From contig CALJEN010000005.1 of assembly GCA_938073905.1 (NCBI GenBank), positions 347,363 to 411,362 on the forward strand: a DNA stretch of 64,000 bases, in the 5' to 3' direction. Both the position numbers and the translations under genes were made by a program. The notes under the pieces were generated by a model that saw nothing but the letters and a program-made list of their open reading frames with translations, was not told the DNA's origin and did not search any database. This document shows positions 25,957 through 34,636 of the stretch, one piece after another. The stretch is from an uncultured Sulfolobales archaeon (GTDB taxonomy: Archaea; Thermoproteota; Thermoprotei_A; Sulfolobales; NBVN01). Within the stretch, counting starts at the first letter, position 1. The number at the start of each line of letters is the position of its first letter.

Positions 25957-26775
25957 TCAGGCGACTACACGGGGCTCCTCGAGAGCGGGGCGGCTCTTCC
26001 TGACGCCCTTGACCTCCCGGACTATCTCGACAGCCCTCTCCAGGCTGTCCTCGACCACGTTGCCGGTGACCACCACGTCAGCTCCCGCCCGGGCTAGCTG
26101 AGACGCCGTGCCCGAGTCCCTTATGCCGCCGCCTACTATGACGACCGCGTCGGGCAGAGCCTCCTTGACCAGGCCGACCGTCTCCGGAGGGACGGGTCTA
26201 GGCGCTCCGGAGCCGGCCTCGAGGTATATGTAGTTCATCCCCAGCATGTAGGCTGCTAGAGCGTAGGCGAGAGCTATCTCGTGCTTATCGTAGGGCACCG
26301 GCCTCGCTCTGCCGATGTAGCCGGCGGTCCCGCCGTGTCCGACCACTATGTAGGCCGTCGGGAGAGCCTCGATGCCGTACTTGGCCACCACGACGGCTCC
26401 GGCGACCTGGGCGCCGATGATGTAGTAGGGGTCCTCGGAGTTTAGCAGAGACATGAAGAGGACCGCGTCGACGTGCCTCGAGAGCCCGCTTATGTTCCCG
26501 GGGAACGCGATCAGGGGCAGACCGAACCTCTTCAGCCTCATCGCTACCTCGTCGACATCCCTCTCGGAGACCCCGAGCGAGCCGCCTATCATGAAGCAGT
26601 CCGTCCCGGCCGCTGCCAGCTCCCCGGCCACCCTCTCGACCGCGTCCGGGTTCCTCAGCTTGGCCGGGTCTATCAGCGTGAAGTGGAGTGTTTGCCCCTC
26701 CCCTATCCTCTCCCTGATGTACCTACTCACTCTCTCTTCTCTCCTCACTCTCAGAGAGACACTCAAACCTGACAC
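25957..26775 (-). CDS. Geranylgeranylglyceryl phosphate synthase (PcrB/GGGPS family)
   Basis: LHFTLIDPAK, MIGGSLGV, YLEAGSGAP and VGGGIR motifs are present. GTG 26775 is the longest start; GTG 26748 is possible. Confidence 0.85.
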   Translation of the reverse strand: MSGLSVSLRVRREERVSRYIRERIGEGQTLHFTLIDPAKLRNPDAVERVAGELAAAGTDCFMIGGSLGVSERDVDEVAMRLKRFGLPLIAFPGNISGLSRHVDAVLFMSLLNSEDPYYIIGAQVAGAVVVAKYGIEALPTAYIVVGHGGTAGYIGRARPVPYDKHEIALAYALAAYMLGMNYIYLEAGSGAPRPVPPETVGLVKEALPDAVVIVGGGIRDSGTASQLARAGADVVVTGNVVEDSLERAVEIVREVKGVRKSRPALEEPRVVA

Positions 26776-27073
26776 CCACCTCGCCGGCGTTGTACAGGTC
26801 TAGGAACTTGTGGTACGCGTCCACCGGCTCGAATATCATCGGTAGACCGGAGAGCTCGGCCTTCAGGCAACAGGAAGGGTTATTGCAGGCCACCCAGGCT
26901 CTCTTGACCAGCCCGCTCTCGGCCTCGACCACGTCCAGGTCTACCGTCAGGGCTACCTGCCCGCAGGCCGGGCACTGGAACAGCCTAGGCAGCCTCCGCA
27001 CGACCTTCACTACCTTCCTCCTCTTCTTCCTCCGACCCACAAGCACACCTAACACACAGGGGCCTGTTGGCAT
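26723..27073 (-). CDS. elf1: Elf1-like zinc-ribbon transcription elongation factor
   Basis: GRRKKRRKVVKVVRRLPRLFQCPACGQVALTVDL...AWVACNNPSCCLKAELSGLPMIFEPVDAYHKFLDLY parallels eukaryotic Elf1 (basic N-terminus, C4 ribbon, ..EPIDVY..W.D). Start may be GTG 27046 or 27040. The 3' end overlaps the GGGPS start. Confidence 0.62.
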   Translation of the reverse strand: MPTGPCVLGVLVGRRKKRRKVVKVVRRLPRLFQCPACGQVALTVDLDVVEAESGLVKRAWVACNNPSCCLKAELSGLPMIFEPVDAYHKFLDLYNAGEVGVRFECLSESEERRESE

Positions 27074-27136
27074 AAAAATGTGCAGCCTCCGCACAGAGCC
27101 CCTCGTTTTTAACTCGCTTGCCGATAAGGATCCCGG

Positions 27137-28537
27137 GTGAACGCTGTGGGAGTGAAGATAATTGATACTACTCTCCGAGACGCTCACCAGTCGCTGTTGG
27201 CTACGAGGTTCAAGACCGAGGACATGGTGCCCATCCTGGAGAAGCTCGATAGAGCGGGGTTCTACAGCCTCGAGGTCTGGGGCGGAGCCACCTTCGACGT
27301 ATCCATAAGGTTCCTCAGGGAGGACCCCTGGGAGAGGCTCAAGACCATACGCGAGAGCGTCAGGAGGACTAAGCTTCAGATGCTCCTGAGGGGCCAGAAC
27401 CTGGTCGGCTACAAGCACTACCCGGACGACGTCGTCAGCAAGTTCGTCGAGGTGGCCTACAGGGATGGCATAGACGTGTTCCGCATCTTCGACGCCCTGA
27501 ACGACCTGCGGAACCTGGTAGCGTCCGTGAAGAAGGCCAAGTCCCTCGGAGCCATAGTCCAGGGGGCTATGTGCTACACCGTGAGCCCCGTGCACACACT
27601 CGAGTACTACGTCAAGCTCGCCGAGGAGATGGCGTCCATGGAGGTCGACGTCATCACCATAAAGGACATGGCCGGGATACTGGATCCAGTCACGGCCTAC
27701 GACCTCGTCAGGGAGCTGAAGTCCCGCCTCAAGATACCCGTCAACGTGCACACCCACTCGACGAGCGGCATGGCCGTGGCCACCTACGTTAAAGCGGTGG
27801 AGGCGGGAGCGGACTTCATAGACACCGCCATAAGCCCTCTGGCCTTCGGTACGGCCCAGCCGGGCATCCAGACGGTGTACTTCTCGCTCAGGGAGGACTC
27901 GAGACCCGAGGTGGACCTCAGCGTCGTCAGCGAGATCTCCGAATATCTCGAGAGCGTCATCGACCGAAAGTACTCCAAGCTGCTCACGCTGAAGGCCTTG
28001 ATGCCCGACCACGGTGTGCTGATCCACCAGATCCCCGGGGGCATGCTCACGAATCTGATAGCCCAGCTCAGGGAGATGAAGGCAGAGCACAGGCTGAAGG
28101 AGGTCCTAGCAGAAGTCCCCAGAGTCCGCGAGGATCTCGGGTGGCCCCCGCTAGTCACGCCCCTGTCTCAGATAGTCGGGACCCAGGCCGTCCTGAACGT
28201 CCTGCTGGGGCGCTACAAGGTCATCGCTAAGGAGGTCATGGAGTACGTCGCCGGCAACTACGGGAGGCCTCCCGGGAAAGTCAACCCCGAGATAAGGGAG
28301 CGCGTGCTCAAGAACGTGAGGGAGGTGGACGTCAGACCGGCGGACCTCCTGGAGCCGGAGCTGGAGAAATGCGAGGAGGAGGTGAAGAGGATGGACGTCC
28401 CCCTCACGGACGAGAACGTGCTAACGTACTGCCTGTTCCCCGAGGCTGCCAGAGAGTTCCTCGGCGAGTACTACAGGGAGCTCGCAAAGAAAGCGCGTGA
28501 GCTGGAAATCCAGACTATGATCGAGTACTCCCAGTAG
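27137..28537 (+). CDS. Carboxyltransferase (5S/OadA/PycB-type: pyruvate carboxylase subunit B / oxaloacetate decarboxylase alpha), no biotinyl domain
   Basis: 466 aa. IIDTTLRDAHQSLLATRF, the HTHSTSGMA motif and a conserved C-terminal helical region are present. There is no AMKM/biotin-carrier module. Confidence 0.85.
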   Translation: MNAVGVKIIDTTLRDAHQSLLATRFKTEDMVPILEKLDRAGFYSLEVWGGATFDVSIRFLREDPWERLKTIRESVRRTKLQMLLRGQNLVGYKHYPDDVVSKFVEVAYRDGIDVFRIFDALNDLRNLVASVKKAKSLGAIVQGAMCYTVSPVHTLEYYVKLAEEMASMEVDVITIKDMAGILDPVTAYDLVRELKSRLKIPVNVHTHSTSGMAVATYVKAVEAGADFIDTAISPLAFGTAQPGIQTVYFSLREDSRPEVDLSVVSEISEYLESVIDRKYSKLLTLKALMPDHGVLIHQIPGGMLTNLIAQLREMKAEHRLKEVLAEVPRVREDLGWPPLVTPLSQIVGTQAVLNVLLGRYKVIAKEVMEYVAGNYGRPPGKVNPEIRERVLKNVREVDVRPADLLEPELEKCEEEVKRMDVPLTDENVLTYCLFPEAAREFLGEYYRELAKKARELEIQTMIEYSQ

Positions 28538-28544
28538 GCCTCGC

Positions 28545-29222
28545 TCAGTGTCCCTGCTCCGCGGGGACGGACTGCCCCTGGGATAGGGTCACCGGGGACG
28601 GCAGCGTTGGGAAAGTCTCTTTCATCCTCTGCTCGGCTATCACTCTGGCCTCCTCGAGTATCTTCCTGGCCTCGGTCGAGGCGGCTATGCCGGTCGCCGG
28701 AACTCCGACGACCTCGCCTATCTCTATCATGGTCTCGTTCAGGATGTCGTGCACCTCTCCCAGCTCTATCCCTATCTCGGGCAGGACGTCCTTTACGGCC
28801 ACTCTCAGGTCCCTGATGAGCTCTACTATGGGCGCCAGGTTGACGGCTATGTCTCCGAGCTCCTGCACGGACTCCAGCCTGAGGGATATCTGCTCCAGGG
28901 CCACCTGCGTTAGGAACACTGCTCTCGCTATCTTCCTCAGCTCCGCTACCTCGTTGGCGTACATGGTCGCTCTTACCTGGTCCTTGACCATCAGTGCGTC
29001 AACCACCCTGTTGAACAGCTCCTGGTCCCTCGACTTCAGCCTCTCCCCGTACACCTCGAGCTTCCTGACCATCGTGTTTATCCTGTACCTCGCGTTTGCG
29101 AGCCTGTACCTGATCGGCCTCTCCCTACCGAACAGCTTCTTGAGCGCGTCCCCGACCGTCCTCTCCTTTCCCGACCACTCCCTCCTGAACTCCTTTAGCT
29201 CGGGCAAGCCCACTACCTTCAC
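28545..29222 (-). CDS. cdvB: ESCRT-III (Snf7/CdvB-like) protein
   Basis: 225 aa and all-helical. VKDQVRATMYANEVAELRKIARAVFLTQVALEQISLRLESVQELGDI follows the ESCRT-III helix 1-3 pattern. Which paralogue it is remains uncertain. Confidence 0.6.
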   Translation of the reverse strand: MKVVGLPELKEFRREWSGKERTVGDALKKLFGRERPIRYRLANARYRINTMVRKLEVYGERLKSRDQELFNRVVDALMVKDQVRATMYANEVAELRKIARAVFLTQVALEQISLRLESVQELGDIAVNLAPIVELIRDLRVAVKDVLPEIGIELGEVHDILNETMIEIGEVVGVPATGIAASTEARKILEEARVIAEQRMKETFPTLPSPVTLSQGQSVPAEQGH

Positions 29223-29288
29223 CTCGACTGGTCTCTAGCCCAGGGAGCGATCTTAAAAAGCGGTAGCCACATAACACCGAGAGGCGCC

Positions 29289-29831
29289 GTGAGGCTAAGG
29301 GTTCCCGAGTTCAACCTCATAGTGGTCCACGAGCCCGGGATAGAGAACTACGCGAGGGTCAGGGACTACGTCAAGCAGGTCCTCGGAGACAGAGTGATCT
29401 ACGTGTACTCCTACCAGTCCGTGGTGCTCTACAAGTGCCTGGACGACCCCCACGCCTGCGCCGAGGCCGTTAGGAGGGGCTCTCTCGAGGCCGGGATACC
29501 GATCGTGAAGGCAATACCCGTGGACGCCGTCACGAGAGCGGACGTATCCTCGGTGAGGGAGTCCGTGAGGAGGCTCGCCGACAGGATCCCCCCGAGCGGG
29601 ACGTTCAGAGTGACCCTCAAGGGGCGCTTGGAGAGGGTGGAGGAGGGGTACACCGTCGAGCTGGGCTCCGACGAAGCCCTCAGGGAGATAGCTGAGGAGG
29701 TCGATAGACCGGTGAACCTGACCCGGCCGGACTGGGTGGTGTACGTCAGGGTAATAAGGATGGGCCTAGCGAAGGTGGCAGCGGTGGCGCTGCTCAGGCC
29801 GCACGAGCTCGAGAGAGTCTCGGCGGGCTAA
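29289..29831 (+). CDS. THUMP-domain-like protein
   Basis: 180 aa. FRVTLKGRLE...EIAEEVDRPVNLTRPDWVVYVRVI resembles a THUMP/ferredoxin-like module. The call is weak. Confidence 0.45.
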   Translation: MRLRVPEFNLIVVHEPGIENYARVRDYVKQVLGDRVIYVYSYQSVVLYKCLDDPHACAEAVRRGSLEAGIPIVKAIPVDAVTRADVSSVRESVRRLADRIPPSGTFRVTLKGRLERVEEGYTVELGSDEALREIAEEVDRPVNLTRPDWVVYVRVIRMGLAKVAAVALLRPHELERVSAG

Positions 29832-30101
29832 CCGTCCCTACTCGCTGGCGAAGCCTCTACCCACTAGTCCATGGACGCTGTCCGCGGAGTCCCGTTCGCG
29901 AGACTCGCCGTAGAAGCAGGCGGTGGGGATTCGGGTTTCGAGTCTCCCACCTATCGCCCCCTCCGGGAATTCGCTCGCAACGGAAGGCGTCTAAGCTTAC
30001 CTCTATTCAGGCCTCTATTCAGGACATGACCTCGCGGAGGGCAATGGGGGCTCTCTGGCTCACTTTTTAGCGTCGAGCTGGATCGTCCTACGCGGTATCG
30101 G

Positions 30102-31499
30102 ATGTTGCCTAGGCTCTTCGGCACCTCTGGAGTGCGGGGAGTGTTCCCCGAGAGGGTAAACCCGGACTTGATGACCAGGATCGGTAGGGCCCTCGCTCAC
30201 TACTTCGGCAGGTCTGCACTCTCCGTTGGGCGAGACGCTAGGACCTCCTCCAGAGCACTGGGCCTCGCCCTCGCGTCGGGCTTGCTGTCCTCGGGCTCCT
30301 CGGTAGTAGACGTAGGTCTCGTACCGATAGGGGTGCTCGCGTGGTCCGTCAGAAGGTTCAAGCTGCGTGGGGGCGTCTACGTAACGGCGTCCCATAACCC
30401 ACCTCCGTACAACGGGTTCAAGGTGTTCAGGGAGGGAGGGATCGAGATAGCGGGGGTCGATGAGGTGGGCATCGAGGAGGCTCTCGAGAGGTCCAGCTAC
30501 GCCAGCTGGTCCGAGGTCGGTGCCTACAGCACCCTCGACCCTGTCGACGAGTACGTGAGCGAGCTGGCATCGCTCCTGAGCCCGGGGTCCGCCAGACACA
30601 AGCCCAGAGTGGTTCTAGATACGGCAAACGGGCCCGCAGTCTTGACAGCCCCCAGAGTTCTTACCGACCTCGGGACCCCCGCAGTGGTCGTCAACGGCAA
30701 CATCGACGGGAGGTTCCCGGGAAGGTGCCCGGAGCCGAGACCGGACGTGCTCGAACCTCTGCGCCCACTGTTGCCCGCTCTGGGGTGCGAGGTCCTCTTC
30801 GCGTTCGACGGAGACGGCGATAGGCTCTCCGTGGTCACCGCCGGCCGCGGCTTCGTAAAGCAGGACCGGGTAATAGCTCTCTTCGCTCGCTACGCCTTGG
30901 CGGAGAGGAGGGGGACTGTCGTGGTCTCGGTGGACTGCGGCAGCGCCGTGAAGAGGGTCGTGGAGGAGGCCGGAGGCAAGCTGGTCTTCCACAGACTCGG
31001 GAAGACTCACGAGGGCTTTCTGAAGTACGGTGACACCGTCCTAACAGCCGAGCCCTGGAAGGTAATAGACCCCAGGTGGGGCTTCTGGAGCGACGGGGCG
31101 TACCAGGCGGCCTACCTGACCAAGCTGATGATGGAGGAGGGGAGGAGCCTAGACCAGATGCTCCAGGAGGTGCCCGACCTCCCTCAGGCCAGGTGCTCCC
31201 TGGAGGTCCCGGAGGACCTCAAGCTCGAGGTATTCGGGGAGCTGGTGGAGTCCCTGAGGAGCCTCTACTCCGAGAAGGCCTCGCTCACGGAGATCGACGG
31301 GCTCAGGCTGGACTTCGAGGACTCGTCCTGGATCCTGGTCAGAGCCTCGGGGACCGAGCCGAAGATAAGGGTCTACGCGGAGGCCGGGAGCTTCGAGAGG
31401 CTGAGCTCCCTAGTCGACACAGCTATGGGCGTGGTGGTGAGGTCTCTGAAAGCCCGTGGCGCCAAACCCCTAGCTGTGGAGAGGTCCCTCCTGCCCTAG
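30102..31499 (+). CDS. Phosphoglucomutase/phosphomannomutase (alpha-D-phosphohexomutase)
   Basis: Active-site TASHNPPPYNGFK, metal loop FDGDGDR, and the GEPW-like AEPWK motif. Confidence 0.9.
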   Translation: MLPRLFGTSGVRGVFPERVNPDLMTRIGRALAHYFGRSALSVGRDARTSSRALGLALASGLLSSGSSVVDVGLVPIGVLAWSVRRFKLRGGVYVTASHNPPPYNGFKVFREGGIEIAGVDEVGIEEALERSSYASWSEVGAYSTLDPVDEYVSELASLLSPGSARHKPRVVLDTANGPAVLTAPRVLTDLGTPAVVVNGNIDGRFPGRCPEPRPDVLEPLRPLLPALGCEVLFAFDGDGDRLSVVTAGRGFVKQDRVIALFARYALAERRGTVVVSVDCGSAVKRVVEEAGGKLVFHRLGKTHEGFLKYGDTVLTAEPWKVIDPRWGFWSDGAYQAAYLTKLMMEEGRSLDQMLQEVPDLPQARCSLEVPEDLKLEVFGELVESLRSLYSEKASLTEIDGLRLDFEDSSWILVRASGTEPKIRVYAEAGSFERLSSLVDTAMGVVVRSLKARGAKPLAVERSLLP

Positions 31500-32284
31500 A
31501 TCATCTCCTTCGGGATGCTCTCCGGCAAGACCACGTACCTGGGCTTCAGCCCGGTCTTCTTCATGAGCTCCTTGACGTGCTTGTACAGGATTATGTACTC
31601 CTCGTCTACGAGTTCCGAGAGCTCAGGGTTTATGGACTCGAGGGCTCTCGAGAACCTCCTCAGCCCCTCCTCGCCGCTCAGGCTCAGCACGACGGCGGGG
31701 TAGACCTCCCGAGCCGGCCTCAGTCCGGCCTCCACCAGGTTCCTCAGAGCATCGAGCTGGGTATACCAGAACCTGGGATCCGCACCGGTCAGCTCGTAGA
31801 ACTCCTCCGGAGACGTCCCCTTCACGGACACTCGCACCTCGATCCCCTTCCCCCTCAGCGCCCCCACGGCCTTGGAGTAGTCCTCGCGAGCACCGAGGAG
31901 GATGCCGTTGGTCTCGACGACGAAGGTCAGTCCGCCCAGCAGGACTCTCTCCGCGACCTCCAGGAGGTGTCCGAAGCCTATCGTGGGCTCCCCACCGCTC
32001 AGCCTGGCCTGCCTGTGCCCGGACTTCTTGGACAGCTCCAACAGCCTGGCCGCTACCTCGTCGGCCCTGTAGAACCTCCCGCAGGCCGTGCTCCCCCACG
32101 TGAAGTACCAGGCCCAGCAGAACTTACACCTCATGTTGCAGCCGACGACGTCCCCCGTTACGATCCCGCCGTACCACCTGTCTACCCGGAACCTGAAGTA
32201 CCTTCTGAGATGAGTCCCCTCTTTCTCGACGTAGACTCTGGGCTCCACATCCTCTGACAGCTTTAGGGGATCGTAGCCAGGCAT
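31496..32284 (-). CDS. Radical SAM protein
   Basis: CNMRCKFCWAWY (CxxxCxxC) and LSGGEPT are present. 262 aa. Specific function unknown. Confidence 0.8.
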   Translation of the reverse strand: MPGYDPLKLSEDVEPRVYVEKEGTHLRRYFRFRVDRWYGGIVTGDVVGCNMRCKFCWAWYFTWGSTACGRFYRADEVAARLLELSKKSGHRQARLSGGEPTIGFGHLLEVAERVLLGGLTFVVETNGILLGAREDYSKAVGALRGKGIEVRVSVKGTSPEEFYELTGADPRFWYTQLDALRNLVEAGLRPAREVYPAVVLSLSGEEGLRRFSRALESINPELSELVDEEYIILYKHVKELMKKTGLKPRYVVLPESIPKEMI

Positions 32285-32429
32285 CCCCTACCGAGGTGGA
32301 GCTCTAGCAACACTTTTATCCCCCCGAGTCTCGGGCTGCGCTCGAAGGGTTCGCACCCAGAGGTTCGGCAACGAAGCGTGGAGAGCGCAGGAGATATATT
32401 ACCTTCCGAAAGCGTGTATAGTCGAGAGA

Positions 32430-33104
32430 GTGATGCCCAGAATAGCCATAAACTTGAATCCCGAGCAGCTCGAGGCTTTGAGCAAGATGTTCCCGGAGCT
32501 GCCGGTAGAGGACGCGTTGCTGACCATAGTCAATAGCGCGCTCTCCTCGGGAAAGCCTTCGAAGGTCGAGGACAGAGGCCTCAGAGCCGTGGTAGACTCG
32601 ATAAACGCCTACACCGGCAGGATCGACGAGATCAACAGGAAGGTGTCCCACCTCATCGAGGTCCTGGAGGAGCTGGCCGCGAGGATCCAGAGCCTCGAGG
32701 AGCAAGTCAGGAGCCTCGCACAGCCAGTCCAGCAGGCCAGGGTCGAGGAGAGGCGGGAGGCCAGGAAGTCCGCGGTGGACATCCTGCGCGAGCAGAAGGT
32801 CATGTTCGAGTCGGACATAGCTAGCAAGATCAAGAACAGAGACGCCTTCTTCGAGAAGCTGAGGCGGAGCGGCGCCGTAGTAATCGGTCTAGCGAAGGAG
32901 AGGGTAGCCGTCGACGCGGAGTTCTACAGAGAGTTCATCGAGAGGATGGAGAAGATCGCGTCGAGCTCCGAGGAGACCCTGAGCAGGGAGCTCGGCAAGG
33001 CGGAGCTGAGGCTGCTGAAGGCTCTGATGGGCTCGGGCCTCGCGTACTTCGACAACATCAATAAGAAGTGGGTCGTGGAGACGAGTGCCGAACCCTCGGA
33101 GTGA
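32430..33104 (+). CDS. Hypothetical coiled-coil protein
   Basis: 224 aa. Host-like codon usage (AGG/AGA, GAG, CTC). Central heptad-like region IDEINRKVSHLIEVLEELAARIQSLEEQVRSL. No family recognised. Confidence 0.5.
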   Translation: MMPRIAINLNPEQLEALSKMFPELPVEDALLTIVNSALSSGKPSKVEDRGLRAVVDSINAYTGRIDEINRKVSHLIEVLEELAARIQSLEEQVRSLAQPVQQARVEERREARKSAVDILREQKVMFESDIASKIKNRDAFFEKLRRSGAVVIGLAKERVAVDAEFYREFIERMEKIASSSEETLSRELGKAELRLLKALMGSGLAYFDNINKKWVVETSAEPSE

Positions 33105-33207
33105 TGCGCGGAGGCTCGCAGCGTTCCACTGTCCTGGTATAGTCTGTGAGAGCCGCTCCTCACGAGGTGGTCGCACCGGTACTCCGAGTCAGTAGCTCCG
33201 GCCTTCC

Positions 33208-34569
33208 TCAAGAGGTCTTAACGAGCTTGTAGCGCTCGTATAGCATCGTGATCCTGCCCTTCTCGATGAAGAACTCCACGTCGACTCTGCTCCCGTAGCT
33301 GACGGTGTAGTACCTGGCGTACCCCTCGCTCACCTCGGAGGGCACCAGTGGGATCACCGTCTCCCTGTACCTATCCCTGTACTCTATAGCCAGGAAGTCT
33401 CCCATCCTCTTTACGTTGACCCTGTAAGTCCCCTTGTAGGTCTCGTAGGTGCCGACGAGCTTCTCCGCGACCCTCTCCTGCTTCAGGAAGTGGAGGGCTT
33501 CCTCGGGTTCGTAGCCCAAGGCCTGGGCCAGAGCGTACATCCCTATGAAGGACAGCGGGTACCCGGCCGCGTTCGCCAGCACGACCACTCCCACCCTCTC
33601 GCTCGGTACGTAGCCCACGAAAGCCGTGTAGACGAGCACCGACCCGCTGTGGCGGACTAGCCTCCTGCCGAGGAACTCGTCCGTCACCGTGAGTCCGTAG
33701 CCGTAGGAGTCGTCCCTGAAGAGCCCCGAGGGGACCCTCACGTGCTTCTCCTCCATCAGCCTAACGCTCTCCGGGCTCACCACCTCGACCCCGTCGAGCC
33801 TGCCCCTGTTCACGAGCATCGAGACGTACCTGGACATGTCGCGGCAGTTGCTCAGAAGGCCCCCGTCCGCCGTGATCCCGAAGGGGAACCTGCTCCTCAC
33901 GTGGCGCCCCTCCCTATCTACGATGTAGGGCGTGGCCACGTCGGGGTCTCCCGAAACCTCCCTCTCCTCGAAGTACGTCCTGCCCATCTTGAGGGGCTCG
34001 AGTATGCTCTTCCTCACGTAGTCCTCGTACCTCATCCCGCTGACCCTGGAGACCACGTAGCCCAGGAGAACGTAGCCCTCGTTCAGGTAGAAGTACCTGG
34101 TGCCCGGCTCCGAGTGGACCCAGGGACCGTAGTCCGCCATGAAGGCGATGACGTCCTCCGGAGTCGAGAGGGGGAGCCACTGCGCGTCCAGACCCAGCGA
34201 GCCTCTGATGAACGCCTCGGCGTACGCCAGAGCCGGTATGCCGCTCGTGTGCGTGAGGAGGTGGTGTACCCTGACGGGCTTGCCCGCGGCCTCCAGCTTG
34301 AGGGGAACGTACTTCGAGACCTCGTCGTCGAGGGACAGCTTCCCCTCCTCGACCAGCTTCAGGACGGCCAGTGCCGTGAAGGACTTGGTCACGGAGCCGA
34401 TGCCGTAGACGGTCTCGGGGGTCGGGGGCAGGCCCCTCTCGATGTCCTTGAAGCCGTAGCCCCTGGCGTAGACCACCTCACCGTCCCTGACCACCGCTAG
34501 CGATATGCCCGGGATCCTCGTCTGGGACATCTTCTCGAGCACGAACGAGTCCAGTCTGGTGAACTCCAT
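33208..34569 (-). CDS. Beta-lactamase-family serine hydrolase (PBP/esterase-like)
   Basis: 453 aa. S-x-x-K motif GSVTKSFTA, a YxN-like YLNEG, and a C-terminal lipocalin-like extension. Confidence 0.85.
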   Translation of the reverse strand: MEFTRLDSFVLEKMSQTRIPGISLAVVRDGEVVYARGYGFKDIERGLPPTPETVYGIGSVTKSFTALAVLKLVEEGKLSLDDEVSKYVPLKLEAAGKPVRVHHLLTHTSGIPALAYAEAFIRGSLGLDAQWLPLSTPEDVIAFMADYGPWVHSEPGTRYFYLNEGYVLLGYVVSRVSGMRYEDYVRKSILEPLKMGRTYFEEREVSGDPDVATPYIVDREGRHVRSRFPFGITADGGLLSNCRDMSRYVSMLVNRGRLDGVEVVSPESVRLMEEKHVRVPSGLFRDDSYGYGLTVTDEFLGRRLVRHSGSVLVYTAFVGYVPSERVGVVVLANAAGYPLSFIGMYALAQALGYEPEEALHFLKQERVAEKLVGTYETYKGTYRVNVKRMGDFLAIEYRDRYRETVIPLVPSEVSEGYARYYTVSYGSRVDVEFFIEKGRITMLYERYKLVKTS

Positions 34570-34636
34570 CCAACTCCCCGCATCTGCTCCAACCAGTTCT
34601 TATATCCGTTGCCGGGCATAGCTCTCGGGACGCCCG

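Noticed and set aside
27074-28090. N-terminal 339 aa of the 455-aa minus-strand ORF 26723-28090
   Set aside because: It is antisense to the well-supported carboxyltransferase gene and has H/G/V/L/D-rich shadow-frame composition. Only the last 116 aa (Elf1-like) look real.
29897-29905. CGCGAGACT 9-mer shared by spacers at 29897, 47175 and (8 of 9) 52055 as a common regulatory motif
   Set aside because: By rough estimate, a 9-mer shared among about 4 kb of spacer DNA is expected by chance many times over.
29925-29965. tRNA gene or pseudogene
   Set aside because: Only a T-arm-like GGGTTTCGAGTCTCCC is present. There is no acceptor, D-arm or anticodon arm, and no proper 5-bp T-stem.
31076-32257. 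393-aa plus-strand ORF
   Set aside because: It runs out of frame over the end of the phosphohexomutase gene and antisense to the radical SAM gene. Its composition is low-complexity and G/P/R-rich.
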